From Botryllus schlosseri (Eukaryota), in the NCBI GenBank assembly GCA_051294905.1, contig CM119371.1:32736001-32800000 (forward strand): a DNA stretch of 64,000 nt, in the 5' to 3' direction. Made by a program: the position numbers and the translations under genes. Shown here piece by piece: positions 60,739 to 64,000 of this stretch. Numbering within the stretch: position 1 is the stretch's first letter; each line of letters starts with the position of its first letter. The notes under the pieces were generated by a model. That model did not search any database and was not told the origin of the DNA. It worked only from the letters and a program-made list of their open reading frames with translations.

Positions 60739-63221
60739 ATGACATGGGGTGATTACTTCATGAATGTAATCGATTGCGATTACGATTACTTCCGAATGAC
60801 GCGATTACGATTACGATTACGATTACAGCAAAATCAGGAAGTAGTCGATTACGATTACGATTACATTGGAAAAGTAATCACGATTACTCACGATTACATT
60901 TGTTTTACATCTTATAAGCTATGCTGCAAGACAATATATGGATTGCGCTGAAAAGGCCTAATGAGATAACAAACTCCCTTTAAAAAAGATGCGTCATTTG
61001 CTTGTTACGTCATAATGTAACTATTGCCCATTTTTATGGAGGTCACTTTATCGCGCCCATCGACGTGCATTCTTGCCAGGGCCATAACTGCCGCACCCCA
61101 AATTTCACAATAGGGTGGAGAGCGATCTCGAAGGGGACTCAAAAAGTATTTCGTAAACCAAAATAGTTATAGAGTATTTTCGAGAGATCTAATTAACTCG
61201 AAAATCCTCTCTAGATCAGTGATTCCCAACCAGGGCTCCCAGCTAGCCTACTCGCAGCTCCCATTGACGTTGGAAAATCCAACAAAAATAATAAAAAATC
61301 AATCTATAACAAACAAAAAAACTGATATTAAAAATTACACTTGCTTGGCTTGGAAACTGGAGTTTATAATTAAGGGTGGAGACCAATTCCTTTGCTGTCT
61401 AGTAACGATTCTCTATACTCAGCAACGATTTCGTTACTCAACTCTCGTCAGAAAGTATGCTCACACTCAAATGCGTTTGGATGGGCACTCAGATTTAAGT
61501 TTGCTTAACATCGGACTTAATTAAGAGCAAGTGGTGTTACAACACGTTTTACAACGCTATCTGACCATCAAACCAATGTCTGGATTGTTAAGTTCAACGG
61601 CCGCATTGACGGAATGAATGCTTTTTTGTCCATAATGAAATTGTTTTCAAGTCCTATTGTAGGTAATGTGGCCACTGACCCTAGTAATTTAGAACTTGAG
61701 TTGCTAGACATGCAGTCATGATATAAGACATGACAATTTGTTTGTGCGTCTCACGAAAGTTTTTCTTTTAGTCTGCTACGTTTGAGCCAATACAATATCT
61801 TTTGATTATATAACAAATAGGAGGTCACGAATTAACAACATACACTAAAGTAATTATAACAAGATAATATGAATTATGAATTACGTGTCCCCAGCTCTAC
61901 TGGTAGGTAATTGTGTGGCGAGATAGCGCAGTGGTATAATCCATGGCTGCAACACCAATGGTTCCTACCAAAGGAATGGAGGTTTATCTAAACTCCTCCT
62001 CGCCGCCTCATCCGCGTAAGCGGTGTCTTACAAAAAGCCGAGAAGTGGGCCGTGCTACAAGTTGGCAGATACGGAATCAAAAATGTAGAAAATCGGCCTG
62101 GTGTATAGGACCGTTGTGGTCGACAAACACCATGATTACCTCAAACAAACAAACAAACTCTACAGGTAGATCTGACCATCGGGGGCTGAGAGAGGATTAA
62201 AAACTAAGAGTAATATAATGCAATTACTAATATTATTGACGAAATTCAGTCTTCAACTTGAGATTGCCACCCTATGGGGTCAAAGACCAACGTTTGGACT
62301 GGGGGACGAATTGCTGTTTTGGTCCCGAATCCAGCTACATCCCACGCTAACATGATGGATAAGCACGTGGCCATGGCGGTAGATCCCAATGTTAAGTAAA
62401 TAATTGTGAAATAACGATTGGCGCCCGTTTCAAGTAGAGTCATATGAGAAACAGAAGAAGCGAACATAAAATTCTGCCTTCAACTTAATCAACTTAATAC
62501 TACAAGCGGCAGTTACGAGAAACGGCAAAACGACTCGGTTATGATATATATCATCATCTGTTGATTTTACTGCTTCGTTGTGGAAACCCCAATGTTTTAT
62601 TTGCCGAGTACAAAATATCAAATCTTTGTCCGGTGTCCGTACGTACTAGGCCTACTGCTCGCCAAGCAGCAACGGTCAAACTGCGTTTAACCAAGCATAA
62701 CCAAACATCAACACATAAGGTAGGCTACTATTTTAAACTAGGCAGAGCGGAGACAAATTATACTGCTGCAAGGTAGTAGCGTGTGGAACGTGTTGATAAC
62801 CTCATATAAAGCACGGCAGGTGTTCTTACAATCACACTAGTGTACGACGTATACGTACATCGAACATCTATTTACTGTGGATATACTTCTTACGCAATGA
62901 CGCGCAAAGCTAACTGCAGCTTCTGACGTAATAACGAGCAGAGGCGTTTGAAAATCAGACGCTTGTGCTATCACGAAACTTGTATAATATCTCTTCCTTC
63001 AATTCCTTGTTAACAAATGTTCAGTTTATGTCATAGTCCTTGTACAAATAAAAAGTAATCGTTCTTTCACAGAGAAATCGATTAGATATGGGAAGTAGTC
63101 GATTACGATTACGATTACTTCGGATTTTTTTCGAATGTAATCGATTGCGATTACGATTACTAGAAAATGCTGTAATCGTCGTAATTGATTACGATTACTA
63201 ATCGCGATTACCCCATGTCTG
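60739..63221. mobile_element. 2.48-kb non-autonomous hAT-type element with GATTAC-repeat arms and nested insertions
   Basis: Termini ATGACATGGGGT / ACCCCATGTCTG; perfect 8-bp TSD ATACCAAT (60731-60738, 63222-63229). Confidence 0.85.
61915..62158 (+). mobile_element. tRNA-derived SINE (B box deleted) nested in the 60739-63221 element
   Basis: A-box TAGCGCAGTGG, body shared with 13994-14269, (CAAA)4 tail; TSD-like CTCTAC(T/A)GGTAG at 61895-61906 and 62158-62169; absent from the paralogous position near 38155. Confidence 0.8.
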
Positions 63222-64000
63222 ATACCAATCGCATAAAGTGTTGAAACCGTATCTGATACAATTTCTACGTATAGCTGTCGCCTGAACTTGGGGCCTTATA
63301 ATATGGGGGAGGGCGCCATGTCATGATATTCTCTGAAACGGGTCTTCTAGTAAACAAAGGGTTAATTTCGCATTTTCATATCAATACTATAATTTCCATC
63401 CCATGATGCGAAAGAATGCTTATTTTGTCGAAAATTGATACCTCCCGGGATGCATCAATACAAATCTCTGCACCTTCGCATAGCTCAATTTGCAGCTTTT
63501 GACAGTCCATGCGAACGAATTAAGACTGTTTTCAAAACTACTTACTTACTTGAGTAGATATGAAGTCAGTAAATTCTACTTCTAATTCAAGTAGTTTTTG
63601 GTGGCTTTAGGAAAATTACTTCTACTCGTACTTGAGTAGATTTTTTCGTCGCTACTTCTACTTCTACTTGAGTAGCTTTCTTGACTACTTTGACCACCTC
63701 TGGTTGGAATGTAATTTTGCAACTCTCATACGTAAAGTATAGGCCTAATACTCACCAACAACATACTTGATTTCACATTTACAGAGTAAGAGTCTGCCAC
63801 AAAAGGCCGTATCAGACGAGGCGCTGCCGGCGATGTCGGCCGATAATTTCTCTACTATCATGTGAGAGATCGTTGCACTTGATTAATTTCAGAAGTCGTT
63901 GACCCGTTGCATTTGAACCTGCTCGGGGATGATTGACATCTGCGAATCGGTTTTTTGTTGAAGTACAGTTCAGGTACACTGTACAATGTACATACTACCG

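Overview
Eukaryotic (animal) genomic DNA, AT-rich and dense in transposable elements. The intron style and repeat families suggest a marine invertebrate such as an ascidian, but that is an unverified inference. One complete gene can be assembled by hand: a 7-exon, 326-aa SMUG1-family uracil-DNA glycosylase on the + strand (CDS 8200-18032; all six introns are GT-AG and phase-compatible). Its base-recognition loop and wedge motif differ strongly from canonical SMUG1. A second gene is represented by one coding exon of a divergent barrier-to-autointegration factor (BAF/BANF1-like, 57968-58093); I could not find its second exon in the window. The rest is decayed or non-autonomous TEs: many hAT-type MITEs with verifiable 8-bp TSDs (some nested), dead hATm-like, Chapaev-like and Tc1-like transposase remnants, I-group and L2/Crack-type LINE 3' ends, a Gypsy LTR+PBS+gag stub, two tRNA-derived SINEs and a 193-bp-arm foldback element. 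There is also an old inverted duplication (0.1-4.4 kb vs 29.1-31.0 kb) and a direct duplication (37.2-39.1 kb vs 61.0-63.2 kb). Most short ORFs in the supplied track are chance ORFs. I found no rRNA, bona fide tRNA or CRISPR array, and no convincing multi-gene novel system. The best leads are the two divergent DNA-binding proteins.
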